Of a stretch of 45,403 bases of DNA, positions 45,003 through 45,403 are shown piece after piece. Below the pieces are notes generated by a model that was given only the letters and a program-made list of their open reading frames with translations, did not search any database and was not told the DNA's origin. Made by a program: the position numbers and the translations under genes. Position 1 is the stretch's first letter, and every line of letters begins with the position of its first letter. This DNA comes from Escherichia phage ECBP5, in sequence record NC_027330.1, one strand, 5' to 3'.

Positions 45003-45191
45003 ATGACTTACTTACTTATAGCCGCTTGCGGGTGGCTGATGTTTATCTACAAAGTACGCCGTGACTTTAAGAAGGCTCACGAACGCTACAACATAGTTAA
45101 GCGTGGTGATAATTGGGTTGTGAGAGATAGTAAAGGCCGCTTTGTTACTATCACAGATAACTACTGGAACATTTGCAAGCTGGGAGCATGA
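45003..45191 (+). CDS. Early hypothetical protein with N-terminal hydrophobic segment (62 aa)
   Basis: GAGGT RBS; LLIAACGWLMFIY. Confidence 0.55.
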   Translation: MTYLLIAACGWLMFIYKVRRDFKKAHERYNIVKRGDNWVVRDSKGRFVTITDNYWNICKLGA

Positions 45192-45192
45192 T

Positions 45193-45403
45193 ATGAGCAG
45201 GGAATTATCTTTAAGGTTTAATGAATCTAATAAGCGCATGGATGCATTGCTAAGTGCAATGAATAGGGCTAACCCTCTATCAGTAGAGTATGAGGAGCTT
45301 AGTAAAATGGCTCACAGCGAGTTGCAAACAATGCAAGCTATTAACAACAGCTCATTGCAACAACTAGAAATGCACTGGACAACCTCAGGTGACTTTAGCC
45401 ACC
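45193..45403 (+). CDS. Early hypothetical protein, 5' portion (continues at 1..234 across the wrap-around)
   Basis: ATG at 45193 one base after the upstream stop; open to the window end. Confidence 0.5.
   Translation, partial: MSRELSLRFNESNKRMDALLSAMNRANPLSVEYEELSKMAHSELQTMQAINNSSLQQLEMHWTTSGDFSH
45196..45403. repeat. Exact duplicate of 1-208
   Basis: Identical to window start. Confidence 0.9.

Overview
This window is a complete, circularly represented genome of a lytic T7-like podophage (Autographiviridae-type layout). The unit length is about 45,195 bp, because the first 208 bp (1-208) are repeated exactly at 45196-45403, and one small early gene runs across that junction. All convincing genes are on the + strand. 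Order: early small genes (44032 -> wrap -> 1911), single-subunit RNA polymerase, primase-helicase, family A DNA polymerase, SSB-like protein, exonuclease, endonuclease VII-like protein, a phosphoesterase / Pnk-type phosphatase / P-loop kinase / DNA ligase cluster, then portal, scaffold, capsid, tail tube A/B, internal virion proteins, tail fibre, holin, terminases, lytic transglycosylase, spanins and a beta-helix tailspike. About 10 copies of a phage-RNAP promoter-like motif (consensus ~TTAGGCACTACAATAGGA), several rho-independent terminators, a dispersed palindrome family and a repeat-rich terminus-like region (42.5-43.8 kb) are visible. The most interesting candidates are (i) the end-healing/sealing enzyme cluster at 16482-20158, (ii) a CCA/poly(A)-polymerase-type nucleotidyltransferase head-domain protein at 10123-10815, and (iii) a promoter-dense locus at 14564-15293 with a structured element and a heavily promoted acidic 119-aa protein. 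No tRNA, CRISPR array, integrase or transposase was recognised. Every functional call rests on motif and synteny recognition by eye; no database search or computation was run, so start codons and distant homologies are provisional.
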